Shown here: positions 1-9,338 of the stretch, piece after piece
Numbering within the stretch: the stretch's first letter is position 1
Layout of the letters: each line of letters begins with the position of its first letter
Source of the DNA: Candidatus Hermodarchaeota archaeon
GTDB taxonomy: Archaea > Asgardarchaeota > Hermodarchaeia > Hermodarchaeales > Hermodarchaeaceae
Direction: 5' to 3'
DNA: 64,000 nucleotides
Assembly: GCA_016839365.1 (NCBI GenBank)
Contig: JAEOUH010000070.1
Coordinates: 89,527-153,526, forward strand
The notes under the pieces: generated by a model
Database searches by the model: none
Told to the model about the DNA's origin: nothing
What the model saw: the letters and a program-made list of their open reading frames with translations, nothing else
Made by a program: the position numbers and the translations under genes

Positions 1-2
1 TC

Positions 3-1559
3 ACACCCTATGGGTTTCTTCTGAGCCAAGGAGGGTACAAGCACATGCTCCACCAGGGTGCTTTTCCCTGAACCCGATACACCAGATATTACGGTCAAGC
101 GACCCAATGGGATTTTCACATCGATATTCTTCAGGTTATGTTGGTGCGCCTTCTTGACTGTAATGAAACTTTCTGGTTGCGAACGGGATTCAGGAGTAAC
201 AACGCGATTTCGGAGACTGAAATACTGTCCCGTGACGGTATCCGCTAGCCACAACTGTTTGGGTGAGCCTTCAAAGATTACTTCTCCACCGTTCTTTCCA
301 GCCCCAGGACCTAAGTCAATTGCATAATCGGCTGATGCAGCTGCTACTCGTTCATGTTCGACAAAGATCACAGGTCCGGATAATTCACGGAAAGCGGGTA
401 GAAACCGGGCTATATCTGCTGGGTGCTGACCAATGGTTGGTTCATCTAGTACATGTATAACGTCTTCCAGACGACTGGACAAAGAAATAGCCAGCCTCAC
501 CCGCTGCGATTCACCTCGTGATAAGGTTGGAGATGACCGGTCCAAGGATACATATCCGAGTCCCACTCGCTCCAAGGCATCGAGCCGTCGCTGAATCTCG
601 TAAAGTAATCGATTCGCCGTCGAAGGTAATTTCACACGCTTGAACAGTTTATGAGCTCCATCAACAGAAAGCGTGAGCAGTTCTGGTATTCGCATACCTT
701 CCCAGCGGACTGTTGCAGCTTGAGGATGCATCCCAGTTCTATCACAGCGCTCGCAGCCCGTACCTTTGCAATAGGGGCATGGTTGATTGAAATGCGTTGG
801 ACGCAGCTCTCGAAAGCCTGTTCCACACACAGTGCAATTCTGTGTCGTTGTCAGGGTTAGGCTAGATTTCCTAGATGTTGAGCGGATAGCTCCTGCGCCT
901 AACGCAGTTGCCTGTTGTGTAAGTTGTCGAATTTTCTTTGTTGAGGTTTTAGCATCAATTTCTCCGAGATAGAGGTCGATGGAATGAGGCTCTATTGGAG
1001 ATAATGCGTTTCCTTGCCATTCTTTTCCATCAACAAATAATCGTTCTTTCTCAAATTCGTTGCTCAGAGTCGCAAGCAGGGTCCTATGACTTCCCTGGAC
1101 GTCCTTTAAGAGCGGTGCGAAGAGTTTGTGGGACTCCTCCCTAGACAAGGCTGTTAATTGTTCGAACAGTTCATCTTCGGTCAACACTGACAACGGTTCG
1201 TTGCATTTCAGACAATGACGAACTCCATAGTTCGCAAAGAGTAATCGTAAAAACGGGTGCAACCCCGACGCAGTTGCAAGGGTCGATCCCGGGTTTCGAT
1301 TCAACAGATTTTGACCCACAGCAATTGCAGGTCCCAAACCTGTGATTTTCTCAACATTCGCCGGGGCCAATCGTTGACCACCCCGACCATATAAGAAGAC
1401 ATCCAAGAAGCGCCTATTTGCTTCATGGTACAAAGTATCAAACACCAAGGAGGTCTTGCCTGAACCCGAGACCCCAGTGACCACAGTAAGTCCATCACGG
1501 AATCGAACATCAATATTCTTGAGGTTGTGCTCACTGGCACCCTTCACATGGATGTCCAT
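3..1559 (-). CDS. uvrA: UvrA-like ABC ATPase (excinuclease A family), 3' part runs off the window edge
   Basis: Not in the ORF track. Manual translation from ATG 1559 gives MDIHVKGASEHNLKNID...GVSGSGKTSLVFDTL, Zn ligands CLKC/CTVC/CPYC/CERC, signature LSRGESQRVRLA, Walker B VLDEPTIG, and a second NBD start [33 protein letters not shown]. The frame is open to the window edge. Confidence 0.9.
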   Translation of the reverse strand, partial: MDIHVKGASEHNLKNIDVRFRDGLTVVTGVSGSGKTSLVFDTLYHEANRRFLDVFLYGRGGQRLAPANVEKITGLGPAIAVGQNLLNRNPGSTLATASGLHPFLRLLFANYGVRHCLKCNEPLSVLTEDELFEQLTALSREESHKLFAPLLKDVQGSHRTLLATLSNEFEKERLFVDGKEWQGNALSPIEPHSIDLYLGEIDAKTSTKKIRQLTQQATALGAGAIRSTSRKSSLTLTTTQNCTVCGTGFRELRPTHFNQPCPYCKGTGCERCDRTGMHPQAATVRWEGMRIPELLTLSVDGAHKLFKRVKLPSTANRLLYEIQRRLDALERVGLGYVSLDRSSPTLSRGESQRVRLAISLSSRLEDVIHVLDEPTIGQHPADIARFLPAFRELSGPVIFVEHERVAAASADYAIDLGPGAGKNGGEVIFEGSPKQLWLADTVTGQYFSLRNRVVTPESRSQPESFITVKKAHQHNLKNIDVKIPLGRLTVISGVSGSGKSTLVEHVLVPSLAQKKPIGC

Positions 1560-1707
1560 CTACATCGTCCCAACGTAAATCGAAATCTTCTATTAGTCTT
1601 TGCAAATTCACGAAAGTCTCCTTAAACGTATAAAACTCAACAGAGACAATAATAAAAGTAATCGACCGATCTGATGAAAACTCAAACTCCATTAATGGTG
1701 ACACAAT

Positions 1708-2223
1708 TTGGATGAAGTTGTACTTGGCAAAGGAAAAAAACTCCTCCTCATGGGAAGCAAAGCATACACAGACTCTGAACTCCCCAAAGTAGTAAAACAG
1801 CTACTCAATGCAGCTATTAAGGAACAGATGCAAATCGTTGTCGGTGAAGCCTCGGGGGCCTGCCGCCTTTACCAAGATTACCTTCATAGCCAAGGTTACC
1901 ATGATGTTATCGTCGGACATGCTCGCAGCCTCCGATACAATGCTGGCGATTGGCCGGATATCAAATACGGAGATAATCTTGTTGAACGCGAGCGCAACAT
2001 GATTGAGGCCTGTGATTCAGCGATTATCATTTGGGTTAACCAAAGCAGTCAAATCGCCGCGAACATTGAACGGCTGAAATGGCTAAGAAAACCCACGTTT
2101 CTTTATGAATGCTCAAGTTACTCCGATAAAGAAAGGATTGGACCACTTGATCCAAACCGAGTCTATCAACCCTTCCTTTATCAAAAATTCAAAGCTAAAT
2201 ACGGAAAGCCTCCGATTGGCTAA
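1708..2223 (+). CDS. SLOG-superfamily (YspA/DUF2493-like) Rossmannoid protein
   Basis: Pattern LLLMGSK...IVVGEASGA...RERNMIEACDSAIIIW...S resembles SLOG nucleotide-binding domains. Confidence 0.55.
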   Translation: MDEVVLGKGKKLLLMGSKAYTDSELPKVVKQLLNAAIKEQMQIVVGEASGACRLYQDYLHSQGYHDVIVGHARSLRYNAGDWPDIKYGDNLVERERNMIEACDSAIIIWVNQSSQIAANIERLKWLRKPTFLYECSSYSDKERIGPLDPNRVYQPFLYQKFKAKYGKPPIG

Positions 2224-2323
2224 ACTTGGTCATTAAGCGAAACTCAATACTAAAACTACCCAAAACTCTGTTTACTCACGTTTTAAATAGCATCATCGGT
2301 TCGTGCCCTTTGGGGATATCACA

Positions 2324-2770
2324 ATGTCCGAACATCACTACATACCATTAGATCAACTAGATCCTGGATATGAGAAACTCATTCCAGCGGAGGCAAACGT
2401 CCTCTACACGACTCGCGCTGAAGTACTCAAACGAGGTATGGGCGCACACAAGAAATCTGGTTCCGTCGCTATCACTGATCAAGGCATCGCTTTCTACGCA
2501 GCGAAGACAGGGCTCTTTGAAGTATCCTTTGTTTCCATGGCTGCTGGTGCACTCGCAGGATTCATTCCCTGGGCGAGTATCCAAAAATTCGGTAACTACA
2601 AAGACAAGATACAAGTCAAACACACTATTCCCGATGCTCCCAAGAAGCAGCTGGAATGGTTCTTCAAGTGTGAACAATGCAAGCAATACGGCGAAGAGAA
2701 GAAAGACTTCGAAAGCCGGAAGAAAGGCTTCGGACCTTTCATCGAAGCTCTCTACAAGCAGAACAAGTAA
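2324..2770 (+). CDS. hypothetical protein, PH-like fold predicted
   Basis: GSVAITDQGIAFY...IPWASIQKF pattern; TTTTAAAT upstream and a hairpin/T-tract downstream; ATG 2324 preferred. Confidence 0.6.
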   Translation: MSEHHYIPLDQLDPGYEKLIPAEANVLYTTRAEVLKRGMGAHKKSGSVAITDQGIAFYAAKTGLFEVSFVSMAAGALAGFIPWASIQKFGNYKDKIQVKHTIPDAPKKQLEWFFKCEQCKQYGEEKKDFESRKKGFGPFIEALYKQNK

Positions 2771-2786
2771 TTCGGCACTTCCAGGC

Positions 2787-2832
2787 AGAGGACTAGAAGG
2801 CTTCCTTCTAGCCTCTAACTTTTGTTTTTTTT
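2787..2832 (+). terminator. hairpin plus T-tract terminator
   Basis: AGAGG-A-CTAGAAGG/CCTTCTAG-CCTCT stem followed by TTTTGTTTTTTTT. Confidence 0.7.
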
Positions 2833-2941
2833 AATTCCAACCGTATCCATATCCAACCATATCTATGGATTCTTCTCCTTTGGATGTTGGTTTGAGTAAT
2901 CATAAAAACTACTAACATACTAAGGACTGTGAGGTGAGAGA

Positions 2942-3682
2942 ATGTTGCTAGAAAAAACTGAGACTCCTGATCTCTTCGGGTTGATACTCAAGAAACAACT
3001 CAAATCCGAAGAACCTGTTTACCATCTCATTGAACGGGAAGATGGCTATATCCAATGCACTAGCACGTTGAAATATTTCGCCAAGAAGGAAGACTGGCCA
3101 GAAAACGAACAAGCCCTTCTTGAGCAAGCTGAATCGCCCGTTCTCGACATAGGTTGTGGAGCTGGACGACATGCGCTCTTCCTGCAAGAAAGGGGACTGG
3201 ATGTTGTTGGCTTTGACATTTCAGAAGGAGCCATTTATGTCTGCAAAAAGCGTGGATTGAAGAAAGTCGTATTGGGTTCAGCAGCTAACTTACCCTCATT
3301 TAAACAGCCTTTCAACACTTTCCTTTTGCTTTTTAACAACTTCGGCATTCTAGGAAATCAACCCAACACCCTCAGAATGCTTAAAAACCTACATCAACTT
3401 GGAACTCCAGATGCAAATATCATACTCTCCTCTGCAAATGTAGAACAAACCAATGATCCATTTCATCTTGCATATCAAAAGCAGACTCTAGCGGCAGGAC
3501 GTCTCAAAGGGGAAATAATCATTCGGTTCCGGTTACTCGGGTATTTTGGATCTTGGTTCGGCCTCTGGCTCCCCACCCGTAACCAATTTCAAGAGGCGAC
3601 ACAACAAGCGGGCTGGACAATTAGTAAAGACTCAGACAGAGAAGGATTTCACCACGTCATGCTCACCAAAGCGGAGCCATAA
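2942..3682 (+). CDS. class I SAM-dependent methyltransferase
   Basis: VLDIGCGAGRH motif I, GFDIS motif II; SD GAGGTGA upstream. Confidence 0.9.
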   Translation: MLLEKTETPDLFGLILKKQLKSEEPVYHLIEREDGYIQCTSTLKYFAKKEDWPENEQALLEQAESPVLDIGCGAGRHALFLQERGLDVVGFDISEGAIYVCKKRGLKKVVLGSAANLPSFKQPFNTFLLLFNNFGILGNQPNTLRMLKNLHQLGTPDANIILSSANVEQTNDPFHLAYQKQTLAAGRLKGEIIIRFRLLGYFGSWFGLWLPTRNQFQEATQQAGWTISKDSDREGFHHVMLTKAEP

Positions 3683-3685
3683 CTC

Positions 3686-5017
3686 ATGATCATCGATGGC
3701 TACTCACAATTTGGAGCGACTGAACATTTAGCCGGATCACTCCGCAATATTCTAGACCACTACGGAGTACAGGCACCCCATTCGGGTGAACCTTTCACCG
3801 AAGCCCTCCTCATGGGTATTGGAGGCGGACTCGGTGCAGAATACAATGTCACGGATTATAGAGGTACTAACCCATCTCGTCAACCCTACAATCAACTCAC
3901 CATTCGATTCCATCATCTGAAAAACTACATTGAAAAGCAAGAACAGACCTTCTTACCGAAAGCTGCAGAACGGATTGGAGTCCAACTTACAACAAAATAT
4001 TCAACCAGTCGAAATGCCGCTCATCACTTTCTTACCGAGTCACTCCAAGCTGGCAAACCCATAATGGTCCTCCTTTCTATCTGGCAAGGAATCTACTCTC
4101 ATCATGACATAAAAACTCAGTACGAACAAAATCCTAATTTTTTCCCACCACTCCTGTATGACGAGTTTGTTAATTTTCTCCCCTATTACTCACTCCCGTA
4201 CCCCTGGATTGTTGGACATCTAGCCACCGTGTATGGCATAGACGATGATGCAGACAAAGTATACATCTCCGATTTCAGCAACCAACCCTTGACCCTCAGT
4301 ACTCAACAGCTAGCTGAGTCACGCGACATCGTTAAAACATGGAAAAACCGCGCTTACACCGTTAATCCTCCCAAAACCAAACCTGATCTTGCCAAAGCCA
4401 TTCGACTGGGAATCCAGGATTGCGTCGAAAGCCTGCTCAATGAGAAAACTATCTTTGCTGGTGCAAATTATCGAACCGAAGCCTGGCATCTTATAGCAAC
4501 AAAAATCCGCAACTTCGAAAGTAAACGTGGGTGGCTGTCTCTCTTCCATGAACCCTGGCAGCTCTTTGATACCCTCACGCGAATCCATGCACAAATCGCC
4601 TTCTACAACAGCGATGGCGGCGCGCTCCGCTCCTCATATGCAGATTTCTTGGAAGAGGCTAGTGACATCCTAAAGAAACCTGAACTCAAACAGATCGCCC
4701 ACCAGTTCTACGATATCGGAATCATGTGGGACGAAATCGGCACCACAGCCCTCAACGATGACATCCCTGAACTCCTACACGCTAGACAAACCGCCCTAAA
4801 CTGGCAAAACACTTTCAAAGTCCATGGAAGTTTCCAATCCAACTCTCTTGATACCCTCAGCAAGGAACTTCAGGGGATTCGAACCGAATTCTCCGAAGAA
4901 TCCCCACTCACTCAACGGGAACTTACCACCCTCTTTGAAGAATTAGGTGCTCGATTTCATGAAGTATATGAGGCTGAAAAAAAGGCACTTACAGCACTCC
5001 GACTAGCGATGAAGTGA
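3686..5017 (+). CDS. BtrH N-terminal / DUF4872 domain protein
   Basis: GSLRN..HYG...FTEALLMGIGGGLG, GHLATVYGID, ISD and GGALRSSYADFLEEA motifs. Confidence 0.75.
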   Translation: MIIDGYSQFGATEHLAGSLRNILDHYGVQAPHSGEPFTEALLMGIGGGLGAEYNVTDYRGTNPSRQPYNQLTIRFHHLKNYIEKQEQTFLPKAAERIGVQLTTKYSTSRNAAHHFLTESLQAGKPIMVLLSIWQGIYSHHDIKTQYEQNPNFFPPLLYDEFVNFLPYYSLPYPWIVGHLATVYGIDDDADKVYISDFSNQPLTLSTQQLAESRDIVKTWKNRAYTVNPPKTKPDLAKAIRLGIQDCVESLLNEKTIFAGANYRTEAWHLIATKIRNFESKRGWLSLFHEPWQLFDTLTRIHAQIAFYNSDGGALRSSYADFLEEASDILKKPELKQIAHQFYDIGIMWDEIGTTALNDDIPELLHARQTALNWQNTFKVHGSFQSNSLDTLSKELQGIRTEFSEESPLTQRELTTLFEELGARFHEVYEAEKKALTALRLAMK

Positions 5018-5027
5018 AATAGCCAAG

Positions 5028-5393
5028 TTAGACAAGCGCGGGGCATCCAGGGCACTCGTATTTTTCGCGCATCGGGCACTCACTGCAATTGGATCCACAG
5101 GGGGGAGAAGCGAGTTTCTTTTCGGGAAGTCGAAGCACGAATTTTTCAGGATAAAAAATGTTCTCAATGATGACCACCTCGATCGTCTTAGCGCCCAGTA
5201 GTTCAGGATTTTCTGCGGGTCCTTCAAACCACCACCTGCGTGATTCCGGCACAATGAAGCTCATCGAGACGATGTTGCCCGAAGTCCCCGCAACCACCAG
5301 ATGCGGACAGTTCTTCATCGCGGAAACGATCCCCTCAGCTTTTGCAGGGCTTTCATACTCTGTAGCAAAAATACCCAAGATGTCTTTAGTCAA
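5028..5393 (-). CDS. Cys-cluster protein resembling the C-terminal effector part of archaeal Lrp/AsnC regulators, without an HTH
   Basis: NCP motif and C-terminal PCGSNCSECP...CPGCP; last gene of a tightly spaced operon. Confidence 0.55.
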   Translation of the reverse strand: MTKDILGIFATEYESPAKAEGIVSAMKNCPHLVVAGTSGNIVSMSFIVPESRRWWFEGPAENPELLGAKTIEVVIIENIFYPEKFVLRLPEKKLASPPCGSNCSECPMREKYECPGCPALV

Positions 5394-5408
5394 GGGAATC
5401 TCACTTCA

Positions 5409-6443
5409 TTAATTTCCGACTAATATGTTCATATCAACGTCAGAAAAGTATCGGAATGCCCGTTTTCCGAACTTTTCCTCCAAGGCTTTTCCGTAATTTT
5501 GCAATGCCTTCAGAGTAGCTAATCCACCAATCTTCTTAGTGAAAATTAGTTTCATCTGCCAACCTCGTATCCGAAGATATCCTGTTGGTACTTTCCAATC
5601 ATTAGCCAACCTAACAATCTCCGCTTCCATGCCTACCTTGGCAAGATTAGGGAAAATAACGTTTTCCAGAGTACTCACGGACATTAACGCGGTTTCACTT
5701 CCTCGGTTATCCCTATACGTTTCAGGATCAACAACAAGAGCCTTCCCGTTTTTCTCCTGCAACTTACCATGAACGGCTAAAATTAATAGAAATCGGAACA
5801 AGTATTTGACCCGATTTTGCAACCGTCCCTGTTGAATTGCTAAATCTGCATCTACATCTGCAAGAGTAGATTCTTTCACACTTTTCAACACCGAATGCAG
5901 CTGCTTGAAATCAGCTGCTTGAACACCAGATAATGAATCAGGAAACTCCACAACCTCCGCCTTCAAGAGTGGAACCGTCGGTGCTTCAACAATCTCATCA
6001 GAACTTAATTTCTTCCTAATCAGTTGTAAGCGAGCCACCGCCTCAAACGGCTCAATGTATTTGCTATACTCTTCATCAGTGATGGGCCTACCATGCCTGT
6101 TCTCATAGACCTCCCGGGTCCAAGTCCCTCCATGCCTTTGTTCAAAGTCACAAGGAAACCGAGAACAATAAGCACAGTTCTTAATGCCCATATTCGTCAC
6201 GCATTTTCGCACCTGACATCCTTTTCGAAAACGGGCATGCCAGTGAGTCGCATCTTTTTTGTTGATTTTATCGTCCGGTGTCAAACACAATAAACAGGGC
6301 TTCTCAGTAGGAGAATACCCCAAGAGTGCTTTGGCTTCCTTTCGCATTTTGGGAAATTCTTCATCAGAAATGTGCTTCCGTGTGATGGGCGACCAGGGAC
6401 ATTTCGCACAATTCATCCCACATTTTGATACAACTTCACTCAT
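5409..6443 (-). CDS. DUF3795 domain protein with C-terminal extension
   Basis: CGMNCAKC...CLLC...CQVRKC...NCAYCSRFPC; start moved to MSEVVSKCG (6443). Confidence 0.8.
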   Translation of the reverse strand: MSEVVSKCGMNCAKCPWSPITRKHISDEEFPKMRKEAKALLGYSPTEKPCLLCLTPDDKINKKDATHWHARFRKGCQVRKCVTNMGIKNCAYCSRFPCDFEQRHGGTWTREVYENRHGRPITDEEYSKYIEPFEAVARLQLIRKKLSSDEIVEAPTVPLLKAEVVEFPDSLSGVQAADFKQLHSVLKSVKESTLADVDADLAIQQGRLQNRVKYLFRFLLILAVHGKLQEKNGKALVVDPETYRDNRGSETALMSVSTLENVIFPNLAKVGMEAEIVRLANDWKVPTGYLRIRGWQMKLIFTKKIGGLATLKALQNYGKALEEKFGKRAFRYFSDVDMNILVGN

Positions 6444-6533
6444 ATCATACCACCTTAGAAAAAAAGGAATGACTCCCTGACCACTGCGAAGATCTTCTAT
6501 ATAATCAGGGAGTGTTATCACAAAGTGAATCTG

Positions 6534-7115
6534 TTAAATCACGAAGCAATGGAAGAACGTCCGCCCACCACCAGAACCGAGCCCTGCCATATCCTTCTGG
6601 TAAATACGAAGTGTAAATCCTGCATGCGGTTCTTCCTGCTCACCGATCTTCCGATACCCTAGCTTCTCGTAGAAGTGATGATTCCGCGTATGCCACTCCG
6701 GCGTATCCAGAATCCACCGTTTCGCTGGAAACGCTCGATGCACGTGATTCATGGCATAACTCCCAATACCTTGATTCTGAAACTCCGGATCAAGAAAAAT
6801 TGTTCCTAATACATTCGAACCTTTTTCGGGATAATTCTCAAAGATCAAGAAAGCACCGATTACTCGATCGCCAAGCTGAATCTTCCAGCATTTCCCTTTT
6901 TTCATCCATTGTCGGAAGAATTGTCCATTGTTGTAGCCATCGGGACCCCCTTCTGGTTCGCCACGGAACCGCTGAGAATCGTCATTAAAGCTTCGTGTCA
7001 TCACTTCTGTCATCACTGGAATATCGCCTTCTGTCGCTTCTTGAAACAGTAGCTGTTTCAAATCGATTTTCGCCATCCTAATTTCAACTCCTTTCAAACT
7101 TCCTTTTCTTTCCAT
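6534..7115 (-). CDS. GNAT family N-acetyltransferase
   Basis: IFLDPEFQNQGIGS and NHHFYEKLGY motifs; alternative start at 7076. Confidence 0.9.
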   Translation of the reverse strand: MERKGSLKGVEIRMAKIDLKQLLFQEATEGDIPVMTEVMTRSFNDDSQRFRGEPEGGPDGYNNGQFFRQWMKKGKCWKIQLGDRVIGAFLIFENYPEKGSNVLGTIFLDPEFQNQGIGSYAMNHVHRAFPAKRWILDTPEWHTRNHHFYEKLGYRKIGEQEEPHAGFTLRIYQKDMAGLGSGGGRTFFHCFVI

Positions 7116-7124
7116 TGAGGTCCT

Positions 7125-7613
7125 CTACTTTGCTATCGGGTAGTAAAAGTCCAGAACCATATCAGGTCCTGCATCCGGGTCATGAGGTTTCTCAAGGCCT
7201 GGATGGCCTCGATATTTGTACCCATGCGCCTTTGCCCATTCTTCTAGGCGCCACCAGGATTCCAGGAATCCTCGTTCTCTAAAGAATTCTGATTCTAATT
7301 CTTCTTTCAACACACAAGTCGTTACGGCATACTCGCCGCCATCAACTTCCTTTACCTCAACCACGTCGTCTGATTCGATATCATCACCTACACGAATCCA
7401 GAACATGTAGCCATATTCGCGTTTGCCTGGTTGTGGAGGCGGTTCATTAAATCCAAAGATAGGGTGCTTATCTAAATTACCCAGCAAACCCTTTTCATCC
7501 GCCCAAGCTCTCATTCTTGCCCAAGCGTCCATTTCGGGTGTTTCGCTAATCACAACTACACTGGCTACACGCATTGGGGGAAGTGTTACTATCCGAATAT
7601 CTTTTTCATCCAT
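7125..7613 (-). CDS. stand-alone GyrI-like small-molecule binding protein
   Basis: IRIVTLPPMRVAS...GGEYAVT...LEK; start moved to MDEKDIRIV (7613) to remove the overlap with the upstream gene. Confidence 0.85.
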   Translation of the reverse strand: MDEKDIRIVTLPPMRVASVVVISETPEMDAWARMRAWADEKGLLGNLDKHPIFGFNEPPPQPGKREYGYMFWIRVGDDIESDDVVEVKEVDGGEYAVTTCVLKEELESEFFRERGFLESWWRLEEWAKAHGYKYRGHPGLEKPHDPDAGPDMVLDFYYPIAK

Positions 7614-7647
7614 TTTTTTCACATTCCTTTTACATATAGGGAGAAGA

Positions 7648-8532
7648 CTACTGAATCTCCTTAATGGGCTGATACAGATCCAACACCAGCTGCTCAAAGG
7701 GGACATCCTGATCATGCGGTTTCTCAAGTTCTTGTCGCGAAGTATCCATCTCGTATTTCTCGCTCAGAATAACCCAGTCCACGAGTTTCTTCCAGGATTC
7801 CAGAAACCCATGCTTCTTGCCATAATCTGATTGCATTTCTTCCCAAGGCTTACACGTCGTAACAGCGAATAAGCCGCCCTCATAGTCTCTAGCTTCGATT
7901 TCCCCTTCACCCTTGAAAAGAGATCCCATCCGAATCCAGAACTCGTAACCGTACTCCTTCTGTCCTGGAGAGGGGTTCGGGTTGTTGAATCCGAAGACGG
8001 GGTATTTATTGTAATCGTCCAACAATCCTTGAGGCTGTGCCCATGCTCGCATTTTTTTCCAGGCATCAATCTCGGGTGATGCACTAAAGGCTCGAAAGCT
8101 CGCCACGCGCATGGGTTCAAGCTCCACTACTTGTACAAACAAATCTTCAATCTCCTTCTCCTTACGTAGTGCATAGATCTTCTCGATATACCGCTTCGTC
8201 CTTGTCGATTGTAGCTGTTCGTATCGACTAGATTCCAGATACGAAGAACTAATGACGGTGAGAAATGCCTGGCCATCGGGGGTTATTTCATATTGCCCTC
8301 GCCCAGTTTGCTTAATCACATCAGCCTTCACCAGTAATCCCAGATGATGGGATAATGCGGTTTTTCCTAATCCCGTGAGTGTCCGCAGATCGCCGAACAG
8401 TCGAGGACGAATCAGCAAGGCGGACAAAACTTGTAACCGCTTCTGGTTTGCGAGGGCTCCCAGCACAACGGCCAGGTCTTTTCCGAGTTTTCCAGTCACG
8501 TTCCATGCGGTTTCTGTATCAGTATCGTTCAT
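7648..8532 (-). CDS. ArsR-type wHTH fused to GyrI-like effector domain (transcription regulator)
   Basis: ALANQKRLQVL...ALSHHLGLL HTH; C-terminal LEPMRVAS...GGLFAVT GyrI domain. Confidence 0.88.
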   Translation of the reverse strand: MNDTDTETAWNVTGKLGKDLAVVLGALANQKRLQVLSALLIRPRLFGDLRTLTGLGKTALSHHLGLLVKADVIKQTGRGQYEITPDGQAFLTVISSSYLESSRYEQLQSTRTKRYIEKIYALRKEKEIEDLFVQVVELEPMRVASFRAFSASPEIDAWKKMRAWAQPQGLLDDYNKYPVFGFNNPNPSPGQKEYGYEFWIRMGSLFKGEGEIEARDYEGGLFAVTTCKPWEEMQSDYGKKHGFLESWKKLVDWVILSEKYEMDTSRQELEKPHDQDVPFEQLVLDLYQPIKEIQ

Positions 8533-8699
8533 GAGAAGATCCCAGCGAGTGGGGAAGGTGCTGAAGTCCTTTTTATTTGTTTCGGAAAAATTGAATATTA
8601 GTTCTAAAAATACTGAACATCTACTTCGAAGATTTCAGCACACTGGCTTTTTTGTAGCAACTCCTGAAACCGATGCCATCCACTGCAATCACTAGTCAT

Positions 8700-9209
8700 C
8701 TACAATGATATTCGAATTACATACGTCTTCTCTATTTTGCCTTCGAATCCAGACATGTACATGTAACCACCTAATTTGTAGCCTCGTTTTCGACAGATGG
8801 CTAAAGCTGCTGGATTGTAAGCGTAATATGTGATTTCGGTTTGTTGTTTTCCTCGCATGAGCTCTTCGAAGTAAGCGAAGAATTGGGCACCATACCCTTT
8901 GCCCCGATGTTCTTTTTTGAGCCAAACTTCATGAAGCTCTATTATGTCCATCTTCCCACCAAATAACTCTCGCAACATTGCTCGATCAGCAGCATCTCGT
9001 GGGTTGCCTGGTTGATGTTCGTCGGTTGAACAATGATGCCAAATGGTATGCCCCACAATCTCATCATCCTCCCGCCAGATGATTAGCTGTTCGGGATTCT
9101 GTTTGAAATACATCAATCCATTTTCCCTGCCTTCCTCATTCTCTAGGACCGACTCGTAATATCGGCAAAACTCGTTGTAATCACAGCCCAGCTCAAATAC
9201 GATGGTCAA
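8700..9209 (-). CDS. GNAT family N-acetyltransferase
   Basis: VWLKKEHRGKGYG acetyl-CoA motif; NPAALAICRKRGY. Confidence 0.8.
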   Translation of the reverse strand: MTIVFELGCDYNEFCRYYESVLENEEGRENGLMYFKQNPEQLIIWREDDEIVGHTIWHHCSTDEHQPGNPRDAADRAMLRELFGGKMDIIELHEVWLKKEHRGKGYGAQFFAYFEELMRGKQQTEITYYAYNPAALAICRKRGYKLGGYMYMSGFEGKIEKTYVIRISL

Positions 9210-9338
9210 AATTAATCACCATCCCATTAGTCCTCCATAATCTAGATGGGTCAAATCTCACAATAAAAATATCGTGGTGAAAGACCTCACGTACACACTC
9301 AACCTATGGACAAGAAATGAATCCTTTGTCGAGTGGAT

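Noticed and set aside
58-1540. Short ORFs 58-327, 263-460, 632-826, 651-860, 787-972 and 1301-1540
   Set aside because: These are shadow frames of the minus-strand UvrA-like gene that the ORF track missed.
2836-2866. Short imperfect direct repeat TCCAACCRTATCYAT
   Set aside because: Only two degenerate copies with no further support.
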